DNA of 44,398 bases from an uncultured Bdellovibrionales bacterium (GCA_964357695.1 CAYHNK010000005.1:1-44398); one strand, 5' to 3'; numbered from the stretch's first letter, positions 20,746 through 31,493 are shown. Made by a program: numbers and translations. The notes: generated by a model not told the origin, from the letters alone.

Positions 20746-21423
20746 TTACCGCGCGCCCGAAAAGACGAGCGCCTGCGCCCTGAGCTCGCGATAGGTACGC
20801 ACGTTGGCGCGTGCCTTGGCCGAGAGCAACGTCCCACCGATGCCGAGACCCGCGGCAATACCCGCGAAGGCAACGCCACCCGCGCGTAGACCCCGACGTG
20901 CGCCGGGCTCGGGCGACTCGTGGAACATGTCCTGCCACTCGCTGTGGGTACGCGTGCCCAGATACAAGGCGTTCGCCGAAATCACGGCGGAGAACAAGCC
21001 GCCGCCCCACAGGGCGCCCGTGATCACCCAGTCGACGATGCCCCAAACGAGATAGTGCGCCTTGCCATGGCCGTCGAGGGTGGGCTTTCCCCCCGGACCC
21101 CGCTGCGGGCGCTTGCTACACTCGCAGTCGCAGTCGCAGCTGGGCTCGCTCTGAGCCCGGTCGTAGCGCTCAAACGCCTCACGGTATTCGCCGTGATGAT
21201 GGTCTGCGTGCTCATGCCCCGCCTGATCGTGCGCCGGGGGCGGCTCGCCGACAACGCGACGGTGCGCTTTGTCCATGTCCTCTTCGAGCGCCTTCTCCTC
21301 GTCCGCGTCCGGGGCTTGAGCGAGGGTAAGCACCGCGCGAGGCTGCACCTCTGCGTCCGCCATCAGGACCTGTGCCGGGGTCGGCACAACGCCGAGCATC
21401 ATCGCCGTCGGGAGCCACAACAT
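20746..21423 (-). CDS. Hypothetical exported/membrane protein with His- and Cys-rich linker
   Basis: AGGTGAGG RBS just after the PLD stop; HEHADHHH, CDCDCEC, two C-terminal hydrophobic segments. Confidence 0.7.
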   Translation of the reverse strand: MLWLPTAMMLGVVPTPAQVLMADAEVQPRAVLTLAQAPDADEEKALEEDMDKAHRRVVGEPPPAHDQAGHEHADHHHGEYREAFERYDRAQSEPSCDCDCECSKRPQRGPGGKPTLDGHGKAHYLVWGIVDWVITGALWGGGLFSAVISANALYLGTRTHSEWQDMFHESPEPGARRGLRAGGVAFAGIAAGLGIGGTLLSAKARANVRTYRELRAQALVFSGAR

Positions 21424-21436
21424 CGCGACACCTCAC

Positions 21437-24235
21437 CTATCTCAGGTTAGCGAATACCTCAATGATAACATCTTTGTAGCCAAGCTCGCGTTGGAACAGC
21501 GGATGCTTGGAGCTGTCGATGCGCACCGCATGCTCCAGGCCCTTGTTCCAACGCGCCTTCTGGGCATCCGCAGTCATCGCATCGACGATGACGTTGGCAA
21601 TCTCGCGCTCCAGGGTTTCCGAGCGCTCGTGCCAGTTCTCGGTCATCACAGCCACGGTGTTGCCGACGATGGTGACCTTGTCGTGCACGGTGTTGGTATC
21701 GTCGAGCGCCGGCATGTAGATCGTGAGCTTGCCCGCGACATCGCCCTTCTCGCCCTTGATCCGTTCGGCAACGCGCAGCGTGGCCTGCATGCTGTCCAGA
21801 ATGGCGCCCGCGATCGTCGGCTCATCGATGCTCTTGGGTGAGTTGCCAAAGATTTCGACGTTGACGCCGCGACCGAGTGCGCGCGCCAGCACCGGCTCGA
21901 ACAGATCGGACAACGTGTAGTAGGCGTTCTTGATGTACACCGTTTCGCCGGCCCGGGCGCCTTCGACCATCTTGACGGTGGCGAGCAAAATGCGACGCTC
22001 GTCATCGCTCGGCAAGCCCTCGAGCACGGCCACGGATGCGCTCGCTCCAGGCGGCGCCGCGGCGGTCGGGACCTTACGCTCGGGCGCCTTGAGGCCAAAC
22101 TCCGCCAACACCGAATCGAACATGGCGAAGTAGGTGTCGATGACCGGTCCTTGCATGTGCACGTTGGTGTCCGACCACTTGGGCGTCTCGGGTGGCCCAG
22201 CGTGCGTGTACACATCGCCTGCGTTGCTGCCGCCGCCGACCACGCCCAGCGGCGTCACGACATACTTCTCGTGCGTACCGAGCGCGGCGCGCGTCGGATC
22301 GGGATCTTGCCACAGCACCACCGGGATGCCAGCGGCGCGCAGGATCGGCAATGCCTCTTTTGCCCCGTGGGTCATCGAGGTCTTGCCGTCGACGATGACG
22401 CGCACATCAAAGCCCTCACGTTGCTTTTCGGCGAGTAGCCCGGCCAGCTCTTTGCCCGAGACATCGTCGTAGATGGCCCAGTAGTTGACGTCGATGGGCC
22501 CCGGCTTGGGCGTGTCGTTGATGAGCTTTTTCACCGCGGCAAAGAACGCGGGCCCATCGGCAAGCGACTCTACCTTGTTGCCTTCGACGAATGGCATCCC
22601 GGTCAGCGTCTCGAGCTCGCGCTTCCACGCATCCGTGCCAGCGACAGTGCGCGCGGCGTCGCTCTGGGCCACCTGCGCGACGAGCTTCTCGCCAAGCGCC
22701 TTCCACGGCATGTAGCTCGGTTGCTGCTTGATCCAGATGGCGGCGCGAATCGAGCCGACCGCCATACCGACGAACTGCTCCTTCTGGGCGGCCATCTCCT
22801 TTGGGATCTTGCCCGCCTCGATGAGGCCATCGAAGATCATGCCCATTAGGGCCTCGGCCTTACCGTTCGGCTCCATGCCGCCGATGCCGACAAACAACGC
22901 TGCGAGCTCCGCTTTGGCCTGCTCAAACTGCGCTTCCCCCCGAACGGCCACTTCGGGCGCCTCGGCGTGCATCAGCTCAAAGCCCTCGAGAAGACTCGAC
23001 ACCGAGCGCTGTGCCGCAAGCGCAGGGCCGCGCATGGCCGGGTCTTTCATCGCCGCCAGCACCATGGGGTGGGTGAGCGCGAGACCCACCCTGTGCTGCA
23101 TCTTGGCGCTGATCGTCAGCTCGGCGACATGCGGGCTGCGCTCACCGGACTCGATCTTCTGTAACAGCTCGGGCCCCACGAGCTGCAACACGCTGACGTC
23201 GAGCTTACCGCCGCGATCCACATCCAGCCGCAGCCCGTCGAACGCCTGGCCGCCCTGGGGGAGCACGTTGCCATCGACGGTGAGCTTGTCCACCGTGAGA
23301 TGGACGGGCTTGTCCTCGACCGGCACCTCGAGCTGCACGTCGTGCAAGACGCTATCGCCCAGTGAGAAGGTGCAGCGTTCGTCAGCAAGACCCAGTACCA
23401 CGCGCAGATTGACTTCCGAGGGACCGCTCGTCAATGCGCCGTCTCGCGCTCGCAGCTCGAGACCTGCCCGGCCCGACACTTCGAGCAGCGAGCTCTTGCC
23501 GTCCCCCGCCAATCGTACGCGGCTGTCACTGTCCGCCAGCACGAGGCGCGAGTCACCGAAAAGCGGCACCAACCCGGCTGCCAGACGAACGTCAGTGGCC
23601 TCGTAGCGCGCCGCATCGCTCGTGGCCACAATGGGCCGCGCGTGGGGCTTATGCGGCAGGCGGCCGAGCAGCAACGCGGCGAGCTCCGCGGGCGCGGTGG
23701 GCAATTCGGCGACACCCAACAAAGCACGGGTGATGTCGTTGCGGCTCATCACGAGCTGTGCATGCAAGCGACCGCTGCCATCGACGGTGACGTCCTGCTC
23801 GCCGGGCGCGCCAGGTCCATCGAGCTTGATCGGTGCGCCCTGTGCGTTGACAAAACGCACGCGACTCTTCTCGAAGCCGACCTTGCCATCAGCGACGGCG
23901 ATGTCGAGCTGCAAAAACGTGCCTTTGGGCACGACCACGGGGCCGAGCTTGGCACCCGCGCGCAACGGCACTGTCAACGCGAGCTGTCCGCTGACGATAT
24001 GCTCGGCCAGGCGCACGGGGTCGAGCGCCCCTGCTTCGATGCGTGCGGTGGCGGACGTGGCGGTCGTGAGCTTGCGCGCATCGGCGCTCGCGAGGCGCTC
24101 GCCAAGCGCGTCGATGCCGTGGGCGGCGTCGAATCCAACGGGTCTCGAGCGCTTCTTCCCGGTGACGAGCCTTCCCTCCACGCGCTGCTCAGCGAGGGTA
24201 ACGGTTCGCTCGCCGATTGCCTTGGTGTCGCCCAC
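21437..24235 (-). CDS. Phospholipase D/cardiolipin-synthase-like protein with ~540-aa N-terminal extension
   Basis: GNKVESLADGPAFF, VRVIVDG, HEKYVVT...GGSN, WSDT..HMQGP, NAYY, HDKVTIVG; 932 aa. Confidence 0.85.
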   Translation of the reverse strand: MGDTKAIGERTVTLAEQRVEGRLVTGKKRSRPVGFDAAHGIDALGERLASADARKLTTATSATARIEAGALDPVRLAEHIVSGQLALTVPLRAGAKLGPVVVPKGTFLQLDIAVADGKVGFEKSRVRFVNAQGAPIKLDGPGAPGEQDVTVDGSGRLHAQLVMSRNDITRALLGVAELPTAPAELAALLLGRLPHKPHARPIVATSDAARYEATDVRLAAGLVPLFGDSRLVLADSDSRVRLAGDGKSSLLEVSGRAGLELRARDGALTSGPSEVNLRVVLGLADERCTFSLGDSVLHDVQLEVPVEDKPVHLTVDKLTVDGNVLPQGGQAFDGLRLDVDRGGKLDVSVLQLVGPELLQKIESGERSPHVAELTISAKMQHRVGLALTHPMVLAAMKDPAMRGPALAAQRSVSSLLEGFELMHAEAPEVAVRGEAQFEQAKAELAALFVGIGGMEPNGKAEALMGMIFDGLIEAGKIPKEMAAQKEQFVGMAVGSIRAAIWIKQQPSYMPWKALGEKLVAQVAQSDAARTVAGTDAWKRELETLTGMPFVEGNKVESLADGPAFFAAVKKLINDTPKPGPIDVNYWAIYDDVSGKELAGLLAEKQREGFDVRVIVDGKTSMTHGAKEALPILRAAGIPVVLWQDPDPTRAALGTHEKYVVTPLGVVGGGSNAGDVYTHAGPPETPKWSDTNVHMQGPVIDTYFAMFDSVLAEFGLKAPERKVPTAAAPPGASASVAVLEGLPSDDERRILLATVKMVEGARAGETVYIKNAYYTLSDLFEPVLARALGRGVNVEIFGNSPKSIDEPTIAGAILDSMQATLRVAERIKGEKGDVAGKLTIYMPALDDTNTVHDKVTIVGNTVAVMTENWHERSETLEREIANVIVDAMTADAQKARWNKGLEHAVRIDSSKHPLFQRELGYKDVIIEVFANLR

Positions 24236-24308
24236 GGTGACCCCCAGTCGATTCTATTGGCCCTGGCTCAGGGCGTGTCTAGGCATCCTAGCGGCTTGCG
24301 CGAGAACG

Positions 24309-27300
24309 TCAAGCGTCTATCTTTGACGCACGGCGTTTCGCCACGATCAGCACCACTCCGAGAAGCCAGGCGAACGCGTCCGGGCCCGCCGACGCGCAGC
24401 CGCAGCTCGGACTCGAAGGCGCACCGACTACGTATGGTGGCGTGCAGTCGCTGTCGTCGACCGGGCAGCCACAGGTGCTGGCGCTGAGGGCGAGGTCCCC
24501 CATGTCGCTTGGGTCAAACCAACCATCGCCGCTGCCGTAAAGCACGAGCTGGCTCTCGCGGCTGTCACCACCGTCGTCATCGTCATTGAGCGCGATGTCG
24601 AAGCCGATGAGACGGCTTGGTGACGGGCTGCCTCCGAGAGCCGTCCAGGGGACGGCGTATTCAATCACGTAGCCCGCGGCGCTCTGACTGCTAGCGTGAG
24701 CATAGATGAGCTCGTCGGCGCGCACGCCGTCAGCGCTGTTGCCGACGTCGACCGTGAGCTGAAAGTCGTTGGTGTCGTAGCTGGTTGCCGCATCGTGGCC
24801 GCCATCGAGGTAGAGCTCGACACCGTCGTCGAGATGCGCCGGCGCCGTGGAATCGTCGATCACCTGATCATCAATCACCTCCACGAGCACATAGAGGTTG
24901 GTCGCATCCCAGGCCGATCGCACCATCGCACGACAGTCGGCGTCGCTCGTCGCCACCTCTGGCTCGCTCGCCAACGACCGCGAGGCAGGCAAGGCGATGC
25001 CTGCAACATTCTGCCAATCCGCGGCGTCGCCATCGACCGTGATCGACGTCGTCGCGTGGCAAGCGCTCGCGCCCGTGGATGTCGTCGGGCAGGCGCCGCA
25101 GTCCGCAGGGCAGCTGGTACAGCTCTCGCCAGTTTCACAGAGAGCATTGGGGCAGGCCTCTCCCGCGCTCGTACAGTCTTGTGGGCACGACAGCACGGTC
25201 TCGTCAGGGATGTCACACTGGTCATCGCCGCACACCGTCGTGACGCCAGGGGGCGTGTGCTTCCAGATCCCCATGCAGCCTCCGGTCACCCATAGATAGC
25301 GGGTCACGGGGTGAACGCGGATGACCCCGGTCTCGCGGCCGCCACCGTCGATGCCGATATCTCCCGGTCGCAGCGTCAGCGAGGTCCAGGTGACGCCCGC
25401 GTCGAGGGATCGCATCACGGCGGCATCGGTGAGGTAGTCCCAGCGCGAGCCGCCAGCATAGACCACGTCCGGGTCGACGGGATCGACTGCCACGGTTTGC
25501 GCTTCCCGGGTGTCTCTCTGGTCGGCGGGAAGGCGACCTGTGATCTCCGTGAGCGTGTCGGCCTGCCACTGGTAGAGCTGCGTGCTCGTATCTCCCCGGT
25601 CGCCCATCGTCACATAAAAGCGATTGCGGACGTGGTCGAAGGCGAGGTCCCAGATGATGTTGGGTGTCGTGAACACGGGCGTCCAAGTGACACCGTGATC
25701 GCTCGACGTCACAACCGTGTTGCCGGTGCCCGGCGGATACTGGCCACCCGCGACGCCATACAGCTCCATGGCGTTCACGGGGTTGTACGTGAACACCCGA
25801 TCGCATCCCGACATCGTTTGCCAGGAGTCGCCCTGATCGTCGGTGCGCCAATAGCTCCAAAAGGCGACGTTCGCGTCCGTCGGATCTCCCACCACCGCAG
25901 GATCGGTATCGTCACTCGTGGCGCCGGGCTCGCTCCAGATCGCGCCACCGTCGACAGACAGCTTGAGCGTGCGTGGGCCGGACCAGCCGCCAGCGCCGAT
26001 GAAGAGTCGGGTCGCTGAGAAGGCATAGGCGCCGTAGCCGCCATCCCCGAAGTTGGGGAAGTTGACCCACGTCCAGCCGCCGTCGGTGCTCAAGGACGAG
26101 ATCCAGTCTTGGATCCCAAAGGCGACGAGGTCGGGGTCGTGCGGATTGAAGCTCCAGTGCGCGACCACGAGCGTGCCGTTGTTACCGTCGTTGCTCATGG
26201 CGACGTGCGCGCCGCCGTCCGTGCTCTTCATGATCCAATCGGTGGTGATGAACAGTACGTCGGGGTTGGTGGGGTGCCACACTCGGCCCTTGCCACTGAA
26301 GTCATCCTGATCGATGGGGCTGTAGTACACGTCGGAGTCGTCGACGATGGGGCGCTGCCAGGAGTCGCCGCCGTCGTGGGAGTACCACATGTTCTGGTCC
26401 CACCAGTATCCGGCGGGGCCGTTGTAGGCGATCATCATACGGGTCGGATCGGCCGGGCTGATGCGAATGCCGTAGGGCCCGGTGCCATAGGTGGGGATGC
26501 CCGTCCCAGCACGCTGACTGAAATGGGCACCGCCGTCGGTCGACACGAAGATGCCCGTGGTGCCCGACACGGCGACGAGATCGGGAGCGGTGCTTACGGC
26601 GCTGACGCCCCGCAGCGGTTCCGTGAGGATCTGCGTAAAGTTGGCACCGCCGTCCGTGCTGCGGAAAAAGCCGGTGCTCTTGGCGACGTAGACGTAGCCG
26701 AGGGTGGGATGCACGGCGACCGAGCCGTAGGCATACTCGGTCCCCGTTTGAATTCTGTTCCACGTTGAGCCGGCGTCGGTGGTCTTGTACAGACCCTGGT
26801 CAAACTCGCCGCTCGTCGACCAATACGCCACTTGGCTCATGCCGTCCGAGACGCTCGACGGATCCCAGGCGAGCTCGTTGATGTCAAACCAGTTGGGGGT
26901 GACCACCTGCAAACGTTGACTCCACGTCCGCGCGCGGTCGGTGGACAGGTAGATGCCGCCTGCGGAAAGGTACGAGAGGTTGGCATCGGCGTCCGTAGCA
27001 ACAGCGAGCACCCGATCGGAGTTGTTGGGATCGATGGCGATGCTGTGCGTTCCGGTCCCGTCCATACCGATGTTGGCGGGCTCCCAGTGCGTGCCGCCGT
27101 CGAGACTGCGGTAGTAGCCGGCAACATCGTTGCCGTACACCAAGAAATCCCCCGTCGAATCGATGGCGATCGCTCGCGAGTTCTGCCCGCCCTCGCCGCC
27201 GGAGTGACCCCGCGCGCGACTCTCAGCGGTGACGAGCGGCACCGCGACCCAGCCAGCCCGAGACGTCGCGGCCGCGCCCAACAACAGACCCAGAACCAAG

Positions 27301-27311
27301 AGCTGCTTCAT
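24309..27311 (-). CDS. Secreted BNR/Asp-box beta-propeller protein (GH74/sialidase-like fold) with CBM9-like domain and MYXO-CTERM tail
   Basis: Signal peptide MKQLLVLGLLLG; about a dozen S/T-x-D-x-G-x-x-W/F boxes; Cys-rich linker; VDGDAADW, WDATNLYV, DDGVELYLD, IGFDIALNDDD (CBM9/DOMON-like); SCGCASAGPD-TM-KRR. Confidence 0.9.
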   Translation of the reverse strand: MKQLLVLGLLLGAAATSRAGWVAVPLVTAESRARGHSGGEGGQNSRAIAIDSTGDFLVYGNDVAGYYRSLDGGTHWEPANIGMDGTGTHSIAIDPNNSDRVLAVATDADANLSYLSAGGIYLSTDRARTWSQRLQVVTPNWFDINELAWDPSSVSDGMSQVAYWSTSGEFDQGLYKTTDAGSTWNRIQTGTEYAYGSVAVHPTLGYVYVAKSTGFFRSTDGGANFTQILTEPLRGVSAVSTAPDLVAVSGTTGIFVSTDGGAHFSQRAGTGIPTYGTGPYGIRISPADPTRMMIAYNGPAGYWWDQNMWYSHDGGDSWQRPIVDDSDVYYSPIDQDDFSGKGRVWHPTNPDVLFITTDWIMKSTDGGAHVAMSNDGNNGTLVVAHWSFNPHDPDLVAFGIQDWISSLSTDGGWTWVNFPNFGDGGYGAYAFSATRLFIGAGGWSGPRTLKLSVDGGAIWSEPGATSDDTDPAVVGDPTDANVAFWSYWRTDDQGDSWQTMSGCDRVFTYNPVNAMELYGVAGGQYPPGTGNTVVTSSDHGVTWTPVFTTPNIIWDLAFDHVRNRFYVTMGDRGDTSTQLYQWQADTLTEITGRLPADQRDTREAQTVAVDPVDPDVVYAGGSRWDYLTDAAVMRSLDAGVTWTSLTLRPGDIGIDGGGRETGVIRVHPVTRYLWVTGGCMGIWKHTPPGVTTVCGDDQCDIPDETVLSCPQDCTSAGEACPNALCETGESCTSCPADCGACPTTSTGASACHATTSITVDGDAADWQNVAGIALPASRSLASEPEVATSDADCRAMVRSAWDATNLYVLVEVIDDQVIDDSTAPAHLDDGVELYLDGGHDAATSYDTNDFQLTVDVGNSADGVRADELIYAHASSQSAAGYVIEYAVPWTALGGSPSPSRLIGFDIALNDDDDGGDSRESQLVLYGSGDGWFDPSDMGDLALSASTCGCPVDDSDCTPPYVVGAPSSPSCGCASAGPDAFAWLLGVVLIVAKRRASKIDA

Positions 27312-27616
27312 CGCATGTCTCCTCTGATGGCGATTCGCGACAGCGCCGCGAGGACCGCAGCTGCTGCTCTGTTCGGCGAAGTGGTGGGCGCTGGCGTGGT
27401 CGTTTGCAGCACGCACACCCCGTCCCGGCGGTTAAGGACAGGATGCTCGCGTCGCTGTGGGGCTTGAAGTAGGCGACGACGTAGGTACCCGATGCCAGCG
27501 CTTGCTTCGGAGCTGTCACACTGCGTGCCGGCCGGCCTCCAGCCGGACATCACCGGGGTCCAGTCGGTGTCGCCGAGAGAGAAGAACGGCGTATCCTGGG
27601 TGGCCGGCTCTACCAT
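27308..27616 (-). other. Possible small ORF or gene relic bridging two large genes
   Basis: 102-aa ORF overlapping the upstream stop (ATGGTAG) and the downstream start (ATGA); no recognisable motif. Confidence 0.3.
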
Positions 27617-29682
27617 CGCTCAGCTCGATTCGGCAGCTGCATGGCTCGCACGCTGTCCCCCGAGAGCCAAGTCACATAGACCGTGTCGTCCGCGCCCGCG
27701 ATGAGTCGGGCCTGCGTCACCGCCTCGCTCGCCTCCTCCAGCGGCACCGGGCTGGCCGTCGTTGCCCCGTCCTGCCAGCGCATGATCGCCGGGCGGCCGC
27801 GGTACATGGCGCAACTGCCGTCGGGAATGCCCGTCATGAAGTCGCCAAAGCTCGCGCCCGAGCCCAAGCAGACCAGCGCCACGATGAGGCCGTCAGGCCA
27901 CATGTGCGCATCGAGAAGCTGGATCTGACTGTTTGCCCAGCCCGTGTAGAGCTCCACCGGATCGTCCACAACGGTCTCACCCGCGTCGGATGAGCGATAC
28001 TGCACGAGCCGCGCCCAACCCGTGAGCGCGTCCAGCGTGCCGCCGATGAGCGAGACACGCCCGGCGCCATCGGCGACCAGGGCAACCCCCGTCCCGTAGG
28101 CGTTGGACGGGGTGAGCTCTTGCCGCGCGCTCCACAGCGTGCCGTTGACTGACGTCGCGTAGTGGAAGGCGACCGCATTGCGCGCCGCCATGGACGCGAG
28201 CGCCACGCGACCTGAGCCCGTGCGCACCGCTCGGGTGTGCCCGGATCCGATGTCGCTCGGTGCGTGGTCGCTCCACGACAGACCGGCGGTCGTCGAGCGA
28301 TAGCTGTGCGCCTGCGACTTGGGCACAGGAAAGGTGATGCCAAATTCCTGCCACTGGATGCTCTGCACCGGCATCACGACGACGAACGGGCCCGCGGCAG
28401 TCGGCAGCCAGATCGGTGTCGCCGGCAGCACGAGATCGATGCCGTCGTTGGTGCCCACACCGACGTCGCGCGCGTCCCAGGTCACGCCGAGGTCGGCCGT
28501 CGCGGCACTTCTCGTGCGCGCCGTCGTCGTCGAGATGTCGGCCGGGATCGGATTGGTGCACGTGCCGGTGTACACGCGCCGACGGCCCTGCGTGTAGAGC
28601 AGCGCGAGCTCAGCTCCAACAAACCCGAATGCCATGCGCGCGCCGTCGTAGGTCGTCAACGACAGCGTGCCGCCCGCGCCATCGGCGCAGGTCGTCGGCG
28701 TCAGCTCTCCCCGCGTGTCCACCCGCCGGTCGAGGTGCCAAGAATCGGCGCCGTCAGCGGACGCCGCAAGGTACACCGACGCTGCGCGCCAGACCGCACT
28801 CACCTGCGGCGTCAGACTGCCGCCGTGCACGAAGCCGAACACGACATCGTCGCCCGAGCTCGCCCCGCTGAGGCTCGTCAGGCGACTTCCTCCCGACCAG
28901 GTCTCGAGCGCGCTGAGGGGCACCGCGGCGGACGGCGCGTCACCCACCCCGTCCAGCGTGCGCACCAAGAGCTCCGGGTACCCGTAGTACTCGTCGACGT
29001 ACGCAACCACCAGTCGACCGCCGCTGCCGCGCGCCACCGCCGCGTACGACGAGGACGTCGAGCCCGAGACCCGCGATAGGGTCGCGACGGTGAGCGGGGC
29101 GATGCGGCAGGCCGCGCAGCCGTCAGCCAGATCGCCATCCCCATCGTCACAGACCTCGTCGCCGTCGAGCAGCCCGTCGCCGCAGACCTCTTCCCCGAGG
29201 CAGTCCGCCCGGCAGCCATCACCGGAGAGCGTGTTCTCGTCGTCGCAGGCTTCGTCGACATCGACGAGCCCGTCGCCACACACCTCTTCCCCAAGGCAGT
29301 CCGCCCGGCAGCCATCACCGGAGAGTGTGTTTTCATCGTCGCACGCCTCGCCCCCATCCACGAGCCCGTCGCCACACACCTCGAACCCCAGGCAGTCCCC
29401 CCGGCAACCGTCACCGGAGAGCGTGTTCTCGTCGTCGCACTTTTCGCCCGCGTCGACGGCGCCGTCGCCGCACGTACCGCTCGTCGCGACGCAGAGATGC
29501 TCGATACAGTGAAAGCCGACGACGCAGTCGGCGTGCCGGTTGCACACCTCACGACACACACCGCGGTCACAATACTCGCCGGGACCACAGCTCGGGCTGC
29601 ACGCGCGACTCGGCGACGAGGACTCGCCACCGCACCCAACCATGACGCTGACGCCCAATACCCACGCTGCTCTTTGCCACAT
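27610..29682 (-). CDS. Lipoprotein with Myxococcus Cys-rich (DUF4215-type) repeats and a C-terminal propeller-like domain
   Basis: GAGGTG RBS; MWQRAAWVLGVSVMVGC lipobox; four CGDG..D..E.CDD repeats; Asp-box-like SADGADSW, TADLGVTW, SSDAGET. The track ORF extends spuriously to 30255. Confidence 0.88.
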   Translation of the reverse strand: MWQRAAWVLGVSVMVGCGGESSSPSRACSPSCGPGEYCDRGVCREVCNRHADCVVGFHCIEHLCVATSGTCGDGAVDAGEKCDDENTLSGDGCRGDCLGFEVCGDGLVDGGEACDDENTLSGDGCRADCLGEEVCGDGLVDVDEACDDENTLSGDGCRADCLGEEVCGDGLLDGDEVCDDGDGDLADGCAACRIAPLTVATLSRVSGSTSSSYAAVARGSGGRLVVAYVDEYYGYPELLVRTLDGVGDAPSAAVPLSALETWSGGSRLTSLSGASSGDDVVFGFVHGGSLTPQVSAVWRAASVYLAASADGADSWHLDRRVDTRGELTPTTCADGAGGTLSLTTYDGARMAFGFVGAELALLYTQGRRRVYTGTCTNPIPADISTTTARTRSAATADLGVTWDARDVGVGTNDGIDLVLPATPIWLPTAAGPFVVVMPVQSIQWQEFGITFPVPKSQAHSYRSTTAGLSWSDHAPSDIGSGHTRAVRTGSGRVALASMAARNAVAFHYATSVNGTLWSARQELTPSNAYGTGVALVADGAGRVSLIGGTLDALTGWARLVQYRSSDAGETVVDDPVELYTGWANSQIQLLDAHMWPDGLIVALVCLGSGASFGDFMTGIPDGSCAMYRGRPAIMRWQDGATTASPVPLEEASEAVTQARLIAGADDTVYVTWLSGDSVRAMQLPNRAERW
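29107..29472 (-). repeat. Intragenic 96-bp tandem repeats (about 4 copies)
   Basis: 32-aa unit CGDGLVDGGEACDDENTLSGDGCRADCLGEEV; the last copy is degenerate. Confidence 0.9.
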
Positions 29683-29714
29683 GCTACACCTCACCGTTGA
29701 AACGTCGCGGTCGC

Positions 29715-31493
29715 TCAGTAGGGCGCCACCTCGTCGTTGATGCCGATCCCCGGCCGCGACCCCAGCGGCACCCCGCCCATGTTCTCGGCGCGGCAGAAGC
29801 CGTACTCCGGGGCGCTCTCGTGCACCGTGGCGTAGGGAATGCACACCTGCTCCGGTGCGGTGCGCAGCTTGCGGTAGAAACAGTACGGGCCGCGGATGGC
29901 CTGCCAGGTCACCGAGCCATCGGTGACGGTGCAGCCGGGCGCAGTGCACCAGGTGGGAGCTGAGCCGCCGCTCGTTCCCCCCACTGCGGCCGCATAGAGG
30001 AAGCAGTCGGCGTCGTCGGGTGCCGCGCACTGCGTCACCGGATCTGTGGTCGCACGCACGACGGCGCCAGCGCCATAGCCCGTGGAGCCAGCGCGAGTGC
30101 TCATCGGCGTACTGATCGCGGAGGGCTCGTCGAGATTGCCGCTCGTGCCGTAGTAGACATTGGCGCCTTCTTCCGCGCCGCTCTGCGCCCCGTCCTGGCT
30201 CTCGCCGCCGTCGATGACCACGTTGCAGCGCAGATCGCCACCCGAGCTCCACCACGCCACCCAGCCGCGTGACAGGTGGTGAGCCGTGGAACGATTCGTC
30301 GCAATGAGAGTATTGAGGTAGACGTCCGTCGTGTCAGCGCTCACATCGATCGCGTAGGTACCGGAGCTAACGCCCTTCATGTCGTAGATGAGATTGCCCG
30401 CGATCGACCAGCGGCTGGGCGTGAAGTTGGGTGTCGTGATCGCTTGCGTGCCGTCAAACAGAATGTTGTCGTGCACGAGGCCGTAGTCCGTGAACCCTCC
30501 TGAGAATGTGTGGAAAACGATCGACTCGCCGTAGGATCCATCAGCACAGGTGCCATCGGTGACTCGCTGGCCCCAGATACGATTGTGCACGACACGCACT
30601 GGGTCACTCGATGTGCCCCCGCCTTTCATGTCGATACCGTTCTCGGCGCAGGCGTAGTCGCCGCTCGGCGTGAGGTTGCCGCTGCCGTCCGAATAGTAGG
30701 CGGACGTGAGATAGATGTCGTTGTTCTCGATCACCGTACCGGCGAAGTCTTCCTGCGAGGCCAACTGCAGCAGCACGCCATCGGAACAGTTGTGCATCTC
30801 GTTGCTGACGACGCGATTGTGCTTCGCTGCGTAGTCCGCGACCACACAGGGGTGATCACCAACACCGAGAGGCCCCAGGCTCTTCATCAACGAGCCTTGC
30901 AGTGTCGAGCGCTGGCTGCCGCCCGCAAAGACGACGTTCCAGCCCTCCCGATTCTCGACCCAAACGCGTGAGAAGATGTTGTCGTTGCCGTTGCCAGAGC
31001 CATCCCCAGCGACGACCAGCTCATCCTGCGCGCTGCTCACCTTCAGGCGATGAATCACCCAAAAGTCCCCATGGACATGCAGCACGGCCAACAGCGCCTG
31101 GTTCACCGCGCTCTGCTGCCACGGCTGATCGTCGCTATCGCCGCTGCGAACGTAACGCAGCACCTTGCGGGTGTCGGCCGTGCCGCTCGACCCGAGCGTG
31201 AGCGTGCCGCGTCCAGTGTGGTCCCCCGCCTCGATGCAGATGACGCGGTTCGCCCAGTCGATCGCCGACCAATCATTCGTCGGCGCCGTGCTCGTGGTGA
31301 TGATCTGCTCGCACGCAAGCGCCGCAAGCCCCGCCACATCCACGTCACAGCGCGGGTTTCCGGCCTTGCACTCGTAGAGACTACAGTAGCAATTGGCGTC
31401 GGGCGTCTGCCACGACTCGGCGCAGGGTGGACATTGCGCCGACGCCACGCGTGCACTCGCCACGACGACAAGAATCGCAAACGCCCACTTCAT
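29715..31493 (-). CDS. Secreted Cys-capped right-handed beta-helix-like protein, paralogue A
   Basis: GGAGG RBS, MKWAFAILVVVASARVASA signal; N-cap CPPCAESWQTPDANCYC; Asn-ladder core (SNEMHNC, ENNDIY, HNRIWG, DNILFD, GNLIYD, LNTLI, CNVVID); C-cap AIRGPYC...DEVAPY. Confidence 0.9.
   Translation of the reverse strand: MKWAFAILVVVASARVASAQCPPCAESWQTPDANCYCSLYECKAGNPRCDVDVAGLAALACEQIITTSTAPTNDWSAIDWANRVICIEAGDHTGRGTLTLGSSGTADTRKVLRYVRSGDSDDQPWQQSAVNQALLAVLHVHGDFWVIHRLKVSSAQDELVVAGDGSGNGNDNIFSRVWVENREGWNVVFAGGSQRSTLQGSLMKSLGPLGVGDHPCVVADYAAKHNRVVSNEMHNCSDGVLLQLASQEDFAGTVIENNDIYLTSAYYSDGSGNLTPSGDYACAENGIDMKGGGTSSDPVRVVHNRIWGQRVTDGTCADGSYGESIVFHTFSGGFTDYGLVHDNILFDGTQAITTPNFTPSRWSIAGNLIYDMKGVSSGTYAIDVSADTTDVYLNTLIATNRSTAHHLSRGWVAWWSSGGDLRCNVVIDGGESQDGAQSGAEEGANVYYGTSGNLDEPSAISTPMSTRAGSTGYGAGAVVRATTDPVTQCAAPDDADCFLYAAAVGGTSGGSAPTWCTAPGCTVTDGSVTWQAIRGPYCFYRKLRTAPEQVCIPYATVHESAPEYGFCRAENMGGVPLGSRPGIGINDEVAPY

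Noticed and set aside
29683-30255. N-terminal extension of the 881-aa ORF
   Set aside because: Off-frame overlap with paralogue A; the lipoprotein signal and RBS start at 29682.
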